DNA of 63,234 nt, filler included, from Octopus bimaculoides (Eukaryota): NCBI RefSeq assembly GCF_001194135.2. It is 6 parts of 6 records of this genome, joined end to end, with 100 filler letters (N's around TTAATTAATTAA, not from the genome) between each part and the next. Parts side by side here need not be neighbours in the genome. Positions count along the whole stretch, not along the records: positions 1 to 16,910 come from NC_068987.1; positions 17,011 to 25,859 come from NC_069010.1; 4 more parts are not named here. One strand, written 5' to 3'. Below are positions 12,043 to 23,769 of the stretch, one piece after another. The position numbers and the translations under genes were made by a program. Position 1 is the stretch's first letter. Each line of letters starts with the position of its first letter. The notes under the pieces were generated by a model that had not been told where the DNA came from, searched no databases, and saw nothing but the letters and a program-made list of their open reading frames with translations.

Positions 12043-13045
12043 GTAGGCAGAATACCTAATGAAGGCTGGAGAGTACATCAGCTGAAACATTGTGGTAACA
12101 ACAAACAAGGCGAGGACTCTTATCCGTTCATTGTAAATAATGTAAGAAGGTTTTACTCCAACATTACTTGTTCTATTGTAAGTGACTAAACATTATCTTT
12201 TAACTTTAGCTGAAATGCGATTTTTATCATGATAATAATTACATGAGAAGGAAACAGAAAAATTCTACTAGTTAGTTATACTGTGACATCATCGGACCCT
12301 CTAGCAACTAATCGTATTTTACAAAATAGATTTCTGATTGAATGAAATTCACGCAAGAATCAAGAACTTGAAAGACTTAAAGCATATCTAACACAGACCG
12401 ACAACATTTTGGAATATTAAATGCAAATTCACAAGCTTGTTGATGCAGAAAAAATATATGTCGAAAAATAAATAGCAGTAAATCCATTGTAAAGTTTATA
12501 CGTTTAAACATAATACGACAATCACAAACAAATAGACAGAGAAATCGTAGTATGTCTAATCAAATACCTGTTTGAGTAGAATAATAATTAAAATGTCTGA
12601 GAGTCAGTACTAAAAGAAACAGTTTCATTGACTGAGAAAAGATAAAAAGAACCAGTCAGATAACGTCAGATAATGAAAATATTTATGCACGAATACAGAT
12701 TTTCTTTAATAAAGCACTTAAGGATATAGACTTGCTTATATATATTCTCTTCTGTTTTTAATTATTTCAAGTCTTCCTGTAAAGGAGCTGATCACTAACA
12801 AACTTAAAAAGCTCCATTGTTCGAATATTGATAGCAAAAATAAATTCACATTTTAAACTTGAAAAAAAAAATTGCATACTTTTACTTAGTGATTGTATAT
12901 GTATCTACGCATGCATGTATCGATGTATGTAAGTATAAAAGTATGCATGCATGTATACATAAACAAATATCATGAAAATATACATACATGCGCAAATACA
13001 TATGCGCACATAGATATGGTTAGATAAAAAAGGGTGGGTCAAATG

Positions 13046-13084
<39 letters not shown>

Positions 13085-13498
13085 NNNNNNNNNNNNNNNN
13101 NNNNNNNNNNNNNNNNNNNNNNNNNNNNNNNNNNNNNNNNNNNNNNNNNNNNNNNNNNNNNNNNNNNNNNNNNNNNNNNNNNNNNNNNNNNNNNNNNNNN
13201 NNNNNNNNNNNNNNNNNNNNNNNNNNNNNNNNNNNNNNNNNNNNNNNNNNNNNNNNNNNNNNNNNNNNNNNNNNNNNNNNNNNNNNNNNNNNNNNNNNNN
13301 NNNNNNNNNNNNNNNNNNNNNNNNNNNNNNNNNNNNNNNNNNNNNNNNNNNNNNNNNNNNNNNNNNNNNNNNNNNNNNNNNNNNNNNNNNNNNNNNNNNN
13401 NNNNNNNNNNNNNNNNNNNNNNNNNNNNNNNNNNNNNNNNNNNNNNNNNNNNNNNNNNNNNNNNNNNNNNNNNNNNNNNNNNNNNNNNNNNNNNNNNN

Positions 13499-13541
<43 letters not shown>

Positions 13542-13730
13542 TCTAGAGAGAGATATATATACATCTAGAGAGAGAGAGAGATACATAGATACATAGAGAG
13601 CGAGACATAGATACGAACACTGAATTGCGGCGAACGAATGAGTATTTAATGCATGAAAATATATTGCAGAAAATATGATTTATTAAAGGTCGAATCGCAA
13701 TAAACAGTTGGTTTCATACGCAATATATGC

Positions 13731-13893
13731 GCAGTCGTGGCAGTATGGTAAGAAGTTTGCTTCCCAACGGCATGATTCCGAGTTCAGTCTCACTGCGTTG
13801 CACCTTGGGCAAGTGTTTTCTGCTATAGTCTCGGGCCGACCAAAGCCTTGTGAGTGGATTTGGTAGACGGGAAGTGAAAGATCCCGTCGTATC
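13731..13893 (+). mobile_element. tRNA-headed SINE, family A (3'-truncated)
   Basis: Head and body identity to 36368-36520. Confidence 0.85.
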
Positions 13894-15054
13894 GAACCTA
13901 CAGGAGTTAACCAGTGAAACAGAGACAGACAGAAACAAGAAAAATGCCCCTGGTATTTGAATACTATCCACATATGTCTTTAAAAAAACTTCTCATTTAA
14001 ATTTGCCAAAATTTAATTTTTCCAAAATTTGTTATCCATATTTACTGTTGAAAAGATTTCAAGGATCGAAACCGGTACTGAAACGTTTTTTATAAAAGTA
14101 TTTTAGCATTTTTTACTTTGTCTTTTTTCCATATGTATATCTACTCGTGTGTTCNNNNNNNNNNNNNNNNNNNNNNNNNNNNNNNNNNNNNNNNNNNNNN
14201 NNNNNNNNNNNNNNNNNNNNNNNNNNNNNNNNNNNNNNNNNNNNNNNNNNNNNNNNNNNNNNNNNNNNNNNNNNNNNNNNNNNNNNNNNNNNNNNNNNNN
14301 NNNNNNNNNNNNNNNNNNNNNNNNNNNNNNNNNNNNNNNNNNNNNNNNNNNNNNNNNNNNNNNNNNNNNNNNNNNNNNNNNNNNNNNNNNNNNNNNNNNN
14401 NNNNNNNNNNNNNNNNNNNNNNNNNNNNNNNNNNNNNNNNNNNNNNNNNNNNNNATATATATATATATATATATATAATGTATGTATGTGTGTATCTGTG
14501 TGTTCATGCATACATATTGAATATATGTATATACATATATGTAGAGAGGGGAAGAGTAGTTATATTGCTGATGCACCACATTTTTACGTCGACAAACTCC
14601 GTTTAATCTCTCTAGACGCCTTACTCCTTCTCTTTCTCTGTCTCTCTCTCATTCTCTCTCTCTATCTCTATCTCTCTCTCTTCTCTCTGTCCCTCCCACT
14701 ATCTCTCCCTCTCTTTTCTGTAACAAAGGAATAGAAATAGAGAGTGAGATATGAACAAGGAGAGAACAGGATTAGAAGGTAAGAATGTAATTTGCAATAG
14801 ATCTCATTTAGGCGGGATTGCGACGTTTTTGTTTGTTTTTGTTGTTGTTGTTGCTTGGTTGTTGTTTTTCTTTTCATATAAAATCGTTTTCAATTACGTA
14901 ACCATCGCGTATTTATAGTGATTACAATTCATTTAAAATCGAAAGAAGAGGTGCATTTTCCTTAATCAAATGCGTTAGGCCAAATTAGATAACGATCTTT
15001 TTTTTTTTTTATTATGGCGTTCATTCATTGCATATTGTTTACAAACATTACAGT

Positions 15055-15380
15055 GAAGGCGCGTGGCTTTGTGGTTAAAGGAATTCGGCTCAGGGTTGTA
15101 AAGTTATGAGTTCGATTCCTAGCGGCGTGTTGTGCTCCTTGAGCAAAACACTTTACTTCACGTTGCTCCAGTCCACTCAGCTGGCAAAAATGAGTTGTAC
15201 CTGTAATTCAAAGGACCAGCTTCGTCACATTCTATGTCAGGCTGAATCTCCCACAGAACTACATTAAAAGTGCACGTTTCCATTGAGTGCTCAGCCACTT
15301 GCACGTTAGTTTCACTTGCACGTTAGTTTCACTTGCACGTTAATTTCACTTGCACGTTAATTTCACGTTAATTTCACGCT
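15055..15380 (+). mobile_element. tRNA-headed SINE, family B variant, with a 17-bp tandem-slipped 3' end
   Basis: gaaggcgcgtggctttgtggtt..gagttcgattcc head; gtgctccttgagcaaaacactt segment; about five copies of cacttgcacgttagttt at 15296-15380. Confidence 0.85.
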
Positions 15381-16094
15381 GTAACCGACGAAGAGCCAAA
15401 AAGAAAGAAACATTGCATGTTATTTTTTTATTATTTATACGTATGTTAAGATTCTAAATACAGGTTTAAATACTTAAGATAACTATAATATACATATAAG
15501 GAGTCTAAAATCGGTCAATNNNNNNNNNNNNNNNNNNNNNNNNNNNNNNNNNNNNNNNNNNNNNNNNNNNNNNNNNNNNNNNNNNNNNNNNNNNNNNNNN
15601 NNNNNNNNNNNNNNNNNNNNNNNNNNNNNNNNNNNNNNNNNNNNNNNNNNNNNNNNNNNNNNNNNNNNNNNNNNNNNNNNNNNNNNNNNNNNNNNNNNNN
15701 NNNNNNNNNNNNNNNNNNNNNNNNNNNNNNNNNNNNNNNNNNNNNNNNNNNNNNNNNNNNNNNNNNNNNNNNNNNNNNNNNNNNNNNNNNNNNNNNNNNN
15801 NNNNNNNNNNNNNNNNNNNNNNNNNNNNNNNNNNNNNNNNNNNNNNNNNNNNNNNNNNNNNNNNNNNNNNNNNNNNNNNNNNNNNNNNNNNNNNNNNNNN
15901 NNNNNNNNNNNNNNNNNNNNNNNNNNNNNNNNNNNNNNNNNNNNNNNNNNACATAGAAAAATACGAAAATTACAATTCTGAAAAGAAAAATAGCTTGTAA
16001 GATTTTAATTTTTCAACAAGAAAAAAAAATTGATATATACCTTGAGGCCTTCAAGCAGGCTATCTACATGCTAGAAATAACAGCCAAATCTCAC

Positions 16095-16715
16095 AAAACT
16101 GCGATAACATAATGAAATTTTGAAAATGCATTAAAAAAAGAACTCATAATAGAACGACTAAGATTTATCCTAGAAAACAACTTATATTTAATAATGACTA
16201 CTTCCGTCAAAAATCGGGGACTGCAATGGGAACACGGACTGCACCTTCTTTTGCGAACCTGGTAATGGGCTATCTCGAGATTAAACTTTACCAGAGAACA
16301 CTCGAGAAATACGGAAACCCCTTTTCCACTTACATTCAAAACAACTGGAAAAGATATCTCGATGACTGCTTCATCCTCTGGAATGAAAGTATAAGAAAAC
16401 TCAACGAATTCCAGACACTTCTAAATAGAATAAATGAAAACCTCTAATTTACAATAGAGTACAACCAGGAACAACTACCGTTTTTAGATATCCTTACTAA
16501 GAAAGTCGGGAACAAAATAGAGACGGATATCTATTACAAACCCACGGACTCGAAACAGTACTTGCCATTTGATTCTTGTCACTCGAGACACACCAGGATG
16601 AATATTCCATTTTGCTTAGCCAAAAGAATATGCACAATAGTATCAAACGCAAACACCCGTTACACATGACTCCAGGAATTGAAAACCACACTCATCAATA
16701 GGAATTACCCACAAC
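16095..16715 (+). mobile_element. Penelope-like RT fragment
   Basis: RQKSGTAMGTRTAPSFANLVMG..WKRYLDDCF..LPFLDI..DIYYKPTDSKQYLPFDSCHSRHTRMNIPFCLAKRI. Confidence 0.93.
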
Positions 16716-16910
16716 ACTGTTATGAATTTTATTCTTAATTTAAATTTAATTTTTTTAATAGTTCTTTTCTCTTTACATATTCCATTTTAGTACATATTTT
16801 TGATAAGGTTTTTCATGTAAAAGAAAATTTAAAATGTACCCAATTTTAAGAAAGTAGCATTTTCGTTCTTGTTTTTCATATATTATATATACATGTATAT
16901 ATATGTATAT

Positions 16911-17010
16911 NNNNNNNNNNNNNNNNNNNNNNNNNNNNNNNNNNNNNNNNNNNNTTAATTAATTAANNNNNNNNNNNNNNNNNNNNNNNNNNNNNNNNNN
17001 NNNNNNNNNN
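16911..17010. other. Assembly gap marker: 44 N + TTAATTAATTAA + 44 N (also 25860-25959, 40844-40943, 55813-55912, 61914-62013)
   Basis: Identical 100-nt geometry five times; the 12-mer puts stop codons in all six frames. Confidence 0.95.
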
Positions 17011-17460
17011 ACGCCTCTACCACCGAAAAATCTCGACACACTGTTTTTACTCATCGCAGACCGGTCTCATGGATGTGTGACGGAGCTGAGACGGGGAAAC
17101 AGCTAAGAGAACGGAGACAGACGGAAATTGACGCATCTCGACGGTTATGAAGGAGTTGAGTGTGAAGATATTAAATGCCTTTCAGCATTGCTACAGATGT
17201 GTGACACGAATTTCGTGCCTCAGAGCTTCCAGAAAATGGATATTTTAAATTATAATTTCTAAATCAATGCTTTTGATGGTGTAGATTGCAATTATATCGG
17301 AATATATGATGAAAACATTTTTCCTAATTTAGTGTCAGGAGTTTTGGAAAATTCACAAAAAGCGGCTTACTTTTTTCATAACTTCAAGAAAAATAGTTAA
17401 TTTTAAATGGAATTTTCTATAATTGCGTTTCAGAGTGTGTAGATTAGAATTATATCGGAA
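17011..17460 (+). pseudogene. Possible decayed LRR-like coding fragment
   Basis: One frame from 17011 is open except for two internal stops: ..KLTHLDGYEGVECEDI..INAFDGVDCNYIGIYDENIFPNLVSGVLENSQKAAYFFHN; the AFDGV.C..I motif recurs about 160 bp downstream. Confidence 0.25.
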
Positions 17461-17560
17461 ATGGATATGAGAAAATAAATTTGGTGGATTATTACACATA
17501 CATAGTGCAACAGGTCACATATCAGCAAAATGAAACTTGAAATTTCAAAGAAAATTGTGA

Positions 17561-17598
<38 letters not shown>

Positions 17599-18031
17599 CA
17601 TTATTTTTCTTTTCACATTAAATATACCAATGTAATCGTAATTTACACACTCTGGAAAGTATTTGTAGAAAATTACATTAGAAAATAACCCATTGCTGTT
17701 AAAATTATGAGGAAACAAAGACAATTCGTGTGAACATTATGAAACTCCTCTTTCCACCCATAGACAAATTTGTTTCACTACAAATTGTGAAATAATCAGA
17801 ATGGTCACCCTCTGAAGCGTATCCCTTTGGGGGGAAGTTATGAGGAAACAAATTCGGTGCTTCGCATATATCTGTGAGAATGGCTGCCTTTCCAACACGA
17901 ATCTTCTGCTGGAAATCGCAGTTCCAGTCGGAAGGCTTCTCGGCTGTCCGCTCCCGCATCTGTGCGTTGTCGGTGGAACATTACCGTCAAATCCAAGCAG
18001 CATCTGCGTCATCTCTTTTCCTCACTAACAT

Positions 18032-18063
<32 letters not shown>

Positions 18064-18329
18064 GACAGTTATGTTGCAGCCCTGTCAGAATCATCCTCAC
18101 CTGACCGAAGAGCGACAATGACAAAGAAAGTAGCTGTCCACCTGCAGCTGATATGTACCTTAAGCCTCGACTCCTTGAAGCATCAACGGCATAAAATGTT
18201 TAAGAAGTCAGTTCCTATTGTTAACAACATGTAGGTCGACGGCAGAAATATCTGGTCGGTGATGGAAGATTGAGAGAGAAGCACAGGTATCTCGACGAAA
18301 TTCAGCTGCGGGGAAGTGGGATCTGTCCT

Positions 18330-19350
18330 TACGATCAACCGTGTGTTTCATTTTTCTTAAATGAAAGCTTGTATCTTTTATTAAAGTAAGAAATGTCACT
18401 GTTTTCCCCTTTGGTACATATCTATTACGTTTATTCAGTTGTCCAAAAATGTCTGACAAATAGAATAATTTGTATAACGAATCTTTATTGTGAAACGAAT
18501 CTGAATTTAATCCCAACAGGAATATTATGTCTTCATTTTCTTAAAGTTCTAAGAATTGTTTCAAAGCTTCTCCATTTGAGATTCATCACACTTCTGTTCT
18601 TTCTGAGAAACAAACATCTCTCAGTGAAGTTTGCAAAAAGTGACAGAAATAAGATTTTTATCTTACACATTTAACTTGACCCCTAATTTCCCGCCTTATC
18701 ATAGCTGCTGCATCTTTATTACATACTACATTACAGTTATCGCATCCAAGGCCTACTTCTCAGAAACAATCGTCTACTTTTAGGTACAAAGTTTCCATCT
18801 AACGAAGAATTCTTCCTAGACCCTATTTCATTTTACATAGTTTGTAATTTTAGTTACTTCATCTTCTTGAATTTCATGTTTAGAGACTTTTTAAGAAAAG
18901 CATTCGCATAATTTACTCCAATTAATCATTATTAATTTCTGAAATAAAAATACCAACAATATCATTTGACAGACGAACTTTGATTCATCTGCATATTGTT
19001 TCAATGAATAATCCCTGAGGTTTCCATTGCTGCTGCTAATACAAGTTCTTCGCCGATGCTGTTTTGAGGCTTTGTTTATCTCTTGCAATTAAATAAGCAG
19101 CCTCAAAAGATGCCCTTAAGTATTTCATTCTGTCTATTGAATGAATAGGGTTCTCAAGAGATTTCTTCTGTGTACTGAAAGATTCCGATAGCCTTTCAAA
19201 ACAATTCTATAGTCTTATTGTTATAAGAGGAATGTCTTGAATCAAAATGTTTTTAATTCTTGTAGGCGTCATACTTTCAGACACCAAACAATTCTTTTAA
19301 ATAAAGCGGACCGGAATTCTTTCAATATTTTTCCAAAGTAAAACTAAATC
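18330..19350 (-). mobile_element. hAT (Charlie/Buster, ZBED5-like) transposase remnant
   Basis: Decayed motifs in the expected order: LVSESMTPTRI..HFDSRH; ASFEAAYLIARDK..IGEELVLAAA; DAAAM; TEV**ISNGEALKQFLEL; LFYLSDIFGQLN. Confidence 0.8.
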
Positions 19351-20409
19351 CATTATATTTCCTCTTTTGTCGTTCTGAGAGAATTACTTATTTGTGAATT
19401 CATGATACTCTTTCAAGTTCGTCACTCTCCTCAGTTATATCATCGTCGTTATTTTCTGTCGTTTTATTCCTTGATAGATTTGACCACTTTTCTTTAGAGA
19501 ATATATTTTGTCGTTAATGATATTACAATATGTTAATTACTGTCACGGTCTTTGAACAGAACAAGATGAAGATCTCACTCAATAAAGGAACTGATTCTCA
19601 GTCATCACATTTGAAAGTTATCCTTTTGGTTTCAGAGAGTCANNNNNNNNNNNNNNNNNNNNNNNNNNNNNNNNNNNNNNNNNNNNNNNNNNNNNNNNNN
19701 NNNNNNNNNNNNNNNNNNNNNNNNNNNNNNNNNNNNNNNNNNNNNNNNNNNNNNNNNNNNNNNNNNNNNNNNNNNNNNNNNNNNNNNNNNNNNNNNNNNN
19801 NNNNNNNNNNNNNNNNNNNNNNNNNNNNNNNNNNNNNNNNNNNNNNNNNNNNNNNNNNNNNNNNNNNNNNNNTAATAGTAATTACTTATCAATTTCTGAA
19901 ATAACTTTGATGTAATTTAAATAATTTTGTGTTAAATTCCAAAATAATCAGGTTTGTTCACTCCTATCATGTAAGAATCCAATAACAATTGGACAATACT
20001 TACGAGTTGCGTTTCACTAAATTTTGAACGGTTGAGCATTCTGTTACATCTTATCATTTTAATGCCAAAGGAAGTCCTGCTCGGGAGGTTCATGTGTTTT
20101 ACTTATTTACAATGTTATCTGAGTCTATCATTCTTGAAATTAAATTGGAAATTAAAATGCGACAAAATTCGAATTGCGTGTAATTATATATTTTAGGGCA
20201 AAATAGTATTTTCCCATCATCTAAAGTTATTTGGAAAGTGAGGGACACTGTGTCTTTTCCAAAATCATATGGAATAAAAATCATAAATGTTGTCATTATT
20301 TTAATGTGACAAAACTCTTCAGCAGTTATGAAATTTTAAATTTATGGATTCATTTTTATTTGTACAACGGCGTCGTTTGATGTTTTGCTGAAAATCTACA
20401 ATAACTATC

Positions 20410-20898
20410 AAATAACAATGATGATTGTGTGTTGTGACCCCCTTCGGTCATGAATGACCATTGGATTTCACATTGAAAGTTACCCTCCGAGGCACAGGTC
20501 TGGGCAATATTGTTAATGGAAGACCAGCAGTCACCCATGCATACCGGCACCCTCTCTCCACGCCACCGATGTTATCCAAAGGAAAGACAAAGGCCGATAC
20601 AGCTTGGCACCACTGGCGTCGCAGCTCACTTATTCACGTGCAAGTGGCTGAGCACTCCACAGACACGTGTACCCTTAACGTAACAAGGCTAGCCCTTTGA
20701 AATACCGGTACAACAGAAACAGGAATAAAGAGTGAGAGAAAGTTGTGGTGAAAGAGTACAGCAGGGTTCGCCACCACACCCCGACGGAGCCTTGTGGAGC
20801 TTTAGCTCAATAAACACTCACAATGCCCGGTCTGGGAATCGAAACCACGATCCTACGACCGCGATTCCGCTGCCCTAACCACTGGGCCATGGCGCCTT
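20410..20898 (-). mobile_element. tRNA-headed SINE, family B, with an alternative 3' region
   Basis: Head and body match 40944-41230, then switch to ..gtgccaagctgtatcggcctttg..catgaccgaagggggt. Confidence 0.85.
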
Positions 20899-21046
20899 CA
20901 ACAATGATCATAAAGGCAGAATATAGAATAAAGAACATGCATCCATTGCCACATTGGGAAACCCTGACTTAAATCACTACAGGACAAATTGAAATATCCA
21001 TAGACACATCGTATATTACACAGAAATGATATTCCTACATTATATA

Positions 21047-22688
21047 CTAGCAGAAAAAGCCGGCCTTTCTCGGGATTAAAATAGAATAGTTTTTTTTAAT
21101 TGTTTTACTTGTTTTGGTATTAGAACACGATTTCATTCGGATCTACTCGGGCCACATTTTAAATATGAGGAATTCCCCCTGAAACAACAACAAACAAAAA
21201 CCTATTAAAAATTGGTAATGTAAAAACGCCTGCCAAATGTTTAAACAGTTTTTGAGAAGCGATTGGATAAACCTTGCGGATGCAGATGTGAAGGGCAAAG
21301 AGTGACGGGAAAATGCTGCAAAAAAAAGCAAAACACCAATCAGGTCTCTGCACAAAACTGAAATAGTATAATACGACTGCACTTACAATGTTTTGGATAC
21401 AATATGTAGTCACTCCCAACACCTAATTTTGCGGGATCAGTGTCGGGACGTGAACCCATGGGTTGGGAGTTTGACTAGCAAAGGTGGTTAGGTTGCAGAG
21501 GTGGCCAGCGACATGAAGAAGGTGGATGCAGTTGGGCTTAAAAATTGAGAAAGTTACAATGACTCCAGCGATGGGAGAGTAATGGCGGTAGGTTCAAAAG
21601 TGTTATTGCAGGACTTCTTTGAAGACAACGTTCCTGGTGTTGCCCGGATTACCACAAATGAAGAGATTGTGTGGACTGCCGACGCGGGAGCATCCGATGT
21701 ATAGTTGGCCATGGGTATAAACCTGCTGCGTGAGATTTATGCCACCTACTTGTAACGACCGTCCCCATGCCGTGTTGATGCTCATTGCAAAGCATACTTT
21801 TACAGGAAACTGCCGTCACGTAAATTCAAATGGCACGGCCGAGGGACTAAGGCTCATAGGGCTTAATAACTTTGTCACACCAGCAGATGGTCCGCTCAGA
21901 ATGGTTGTCGTCAGAATTAATTGTTTTGAAGATCATAGTTGCATAGTTCTGGTGGTTCTACGTTTCTCAGCAGCATAACTGGGACACCACCCTTCAGTCT
22001 AAAGTCATGAGGTGGACGTCCGGGAGATAACTGGCTGTTGAGGAATTCAATAGGTGTGCAAATTTTAAGCTCAATCCGACCACATTTACTAACACTTTTG
22101 CCTGCGCATGTGAGACAACGTCGGCCCTTTTCACAAATATTTAGGAGACTTACAGAAATACCCGGCCTTGCTCGGGATTAAAATAGTTTATCATTATTTT
22201 ATGTGTTTCGGTATTACAACCCAATTTCACTCGTGTCTACGCGGGCCACATTTTAAAAGATCAGACATTTTGCCCTATAGGACACGCCTTTCAAGTGAGC
22301 CAACTCAAAGTTGCCATGCAACCTTGCCAGCACTTTTAACATAGTTGTGCAAATTTTCAGCTCAATCTGACCCCATTTACTAACACATTTGCCTGCGCAA
22401 CTGCATGTGAGACAACGTCCGCTCTTTTCACAAATATATATTAGAATACTAGAGATACCCGGCCTTACTCGGGATTAAAATAGTATTTTATTGCTTTATT
22501 TGTTTCGGTATTATAACTCCATTTCGTTCGCGTTTTAGAAGATAAAGAATTTTGCCCTAGAGGTCACGCTTTTTAATTGAGCAAACTAAAATTCGCCATG
22601 GAAACTCGCCAACACTTTTAACATACGTGTTGCATATTCGTGTGCATATTTTCAGCTCAATCAGACCAAGTATGCACACATTATATGC

Positions 22689-22731
<43 letters not shown>

Positions 22732-22850
22732 CATACGCATTAAATATGTATATTTACATATATACGCATTATATAGATATGTGTGCGCGCATTATATATA
22801 CATATGTATACACATTATATTTATATATATATATATATATACACATACAT

Positions 22851-22881
<31 letters not shown>

Positions 22882-23005
22882 CTTTATATATATATATATA
22901 TATATANNNNNNNNNNNNNNNNNNNNNNNNNNNNNNNNNNNNNNNNNNNNNNNNNNNNNNNNNNNNNNNNNNNNNNNNNNNNNNNNNNNNNNNNNNNNNN
23001 NNNNN

Positions 23006-23042
<37 letters not shown>

Positions 23043-23366
23043 TTTATATATATATATATATATACACTTTATATATATATATAAATATACATTTATAAAT
23101 AGATTAACATAAATATCTGATCAATAATATCTGTCATCACGATTGTGCGTTAATGGTGGGCGATTATAATTCACCGTTGTAAAAAAACCTGTGGCGGGAA
23201 TATTTAAACTTTTGCGACTGTCAACGCTTTCTCTCTAGAGATGCCGACATACCTACAGAGAGAGAGAGAGAGAGANNNNNNNNNNGCCGCAATCCATTGA
23301 AACCTTCATAACCACTAAATGAGAAACGTAAACATAACACTTTCGCCCATTTCACTTTTATATATA

Positions 23367-23397
<31 letters not shown>

Positions 23398-23399
23398 GA
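21047..23399 (-). mobile_element. Head-to-tail array of three non-autonomous Helitron units
   Basis: Minus-strand 5' TC(T)TATATATA..AAAAGTG at ~23396-23399; 3' hairpin CCCGAG..GCCGGG plus CTAG at 22449-22452 and 21047-21050; decayed junction at 22148-22152. Confidence 0.8.
21604..22058 (-). pseudogene. Helitron PIF1-like helicase C-terminal fragment
   Basis: PIEFLNS..PPH..LKGGVPVMLLRN..PPELCN..RQFPVKVCFAMSINTAWGRSLQVGGINL..THGQLYIGCSRV..NVVFKEVLQ*. Confidence 0.93.
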
Positions 23400-23711
23400 C
23401 ATCAACATATATATATATATATATATATGGCGGGGGGTGTAGAGTGTTAGGTGTGATGTACAGAATTAAATACTGAAAAAAGTCGCAGAATTTTGGAAAA
23501 ACTTCATTTATTTTATACTTTCATTTCCATATTAGCACTTTCGTTCGTCTTTCGAACTTGCCAAATATAATTCTGTGAAAATAAAGAAATGGTGCTTATC
23601 TATATAAAACATGTTATTTGGGGGATTTTGTGTATAAGAGAACATTGTTTTTTTGGGGGGTGGGGGTGAAGCTTTGGAGACAATGGAAGATGGATAAGCA
23701 GACAGACAGAC

Positions 23712-23745
<34 letters not shown>

Positions 23746-23769
23746 TCAGACAAATAGAAAGATGGGTAG

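Larger units (their letters stand above)
11761..12144 (-). mobile_element. Non-coding PLE-derived cassette: tRNA-like head plus hammerhead pLTR (11761-12047, -) fused to an inverted partial copy (12048-12144, +)
   Basis: Homologous to 27088-27345; inverted repeat of the HHR-bearing end; possible degenerate TSD gaaagtttttctct / gaaggttttactcc. Confidence 0.82.

Noticed and set aside
15296-15380. Short regularly spaced repeats (CRISPR-like look)
   Set aside because: These are contiguous 17-mers without unique spacers at a SINE 3' end, in eukaryotic DNA.
16955-16966. Regularly recurring palindrome TTAATTAATTAA (five times)
   Set aside because: It is always centred in a 44 N + 12 + 44 N block, so it is a scaffolding linker and not biological.
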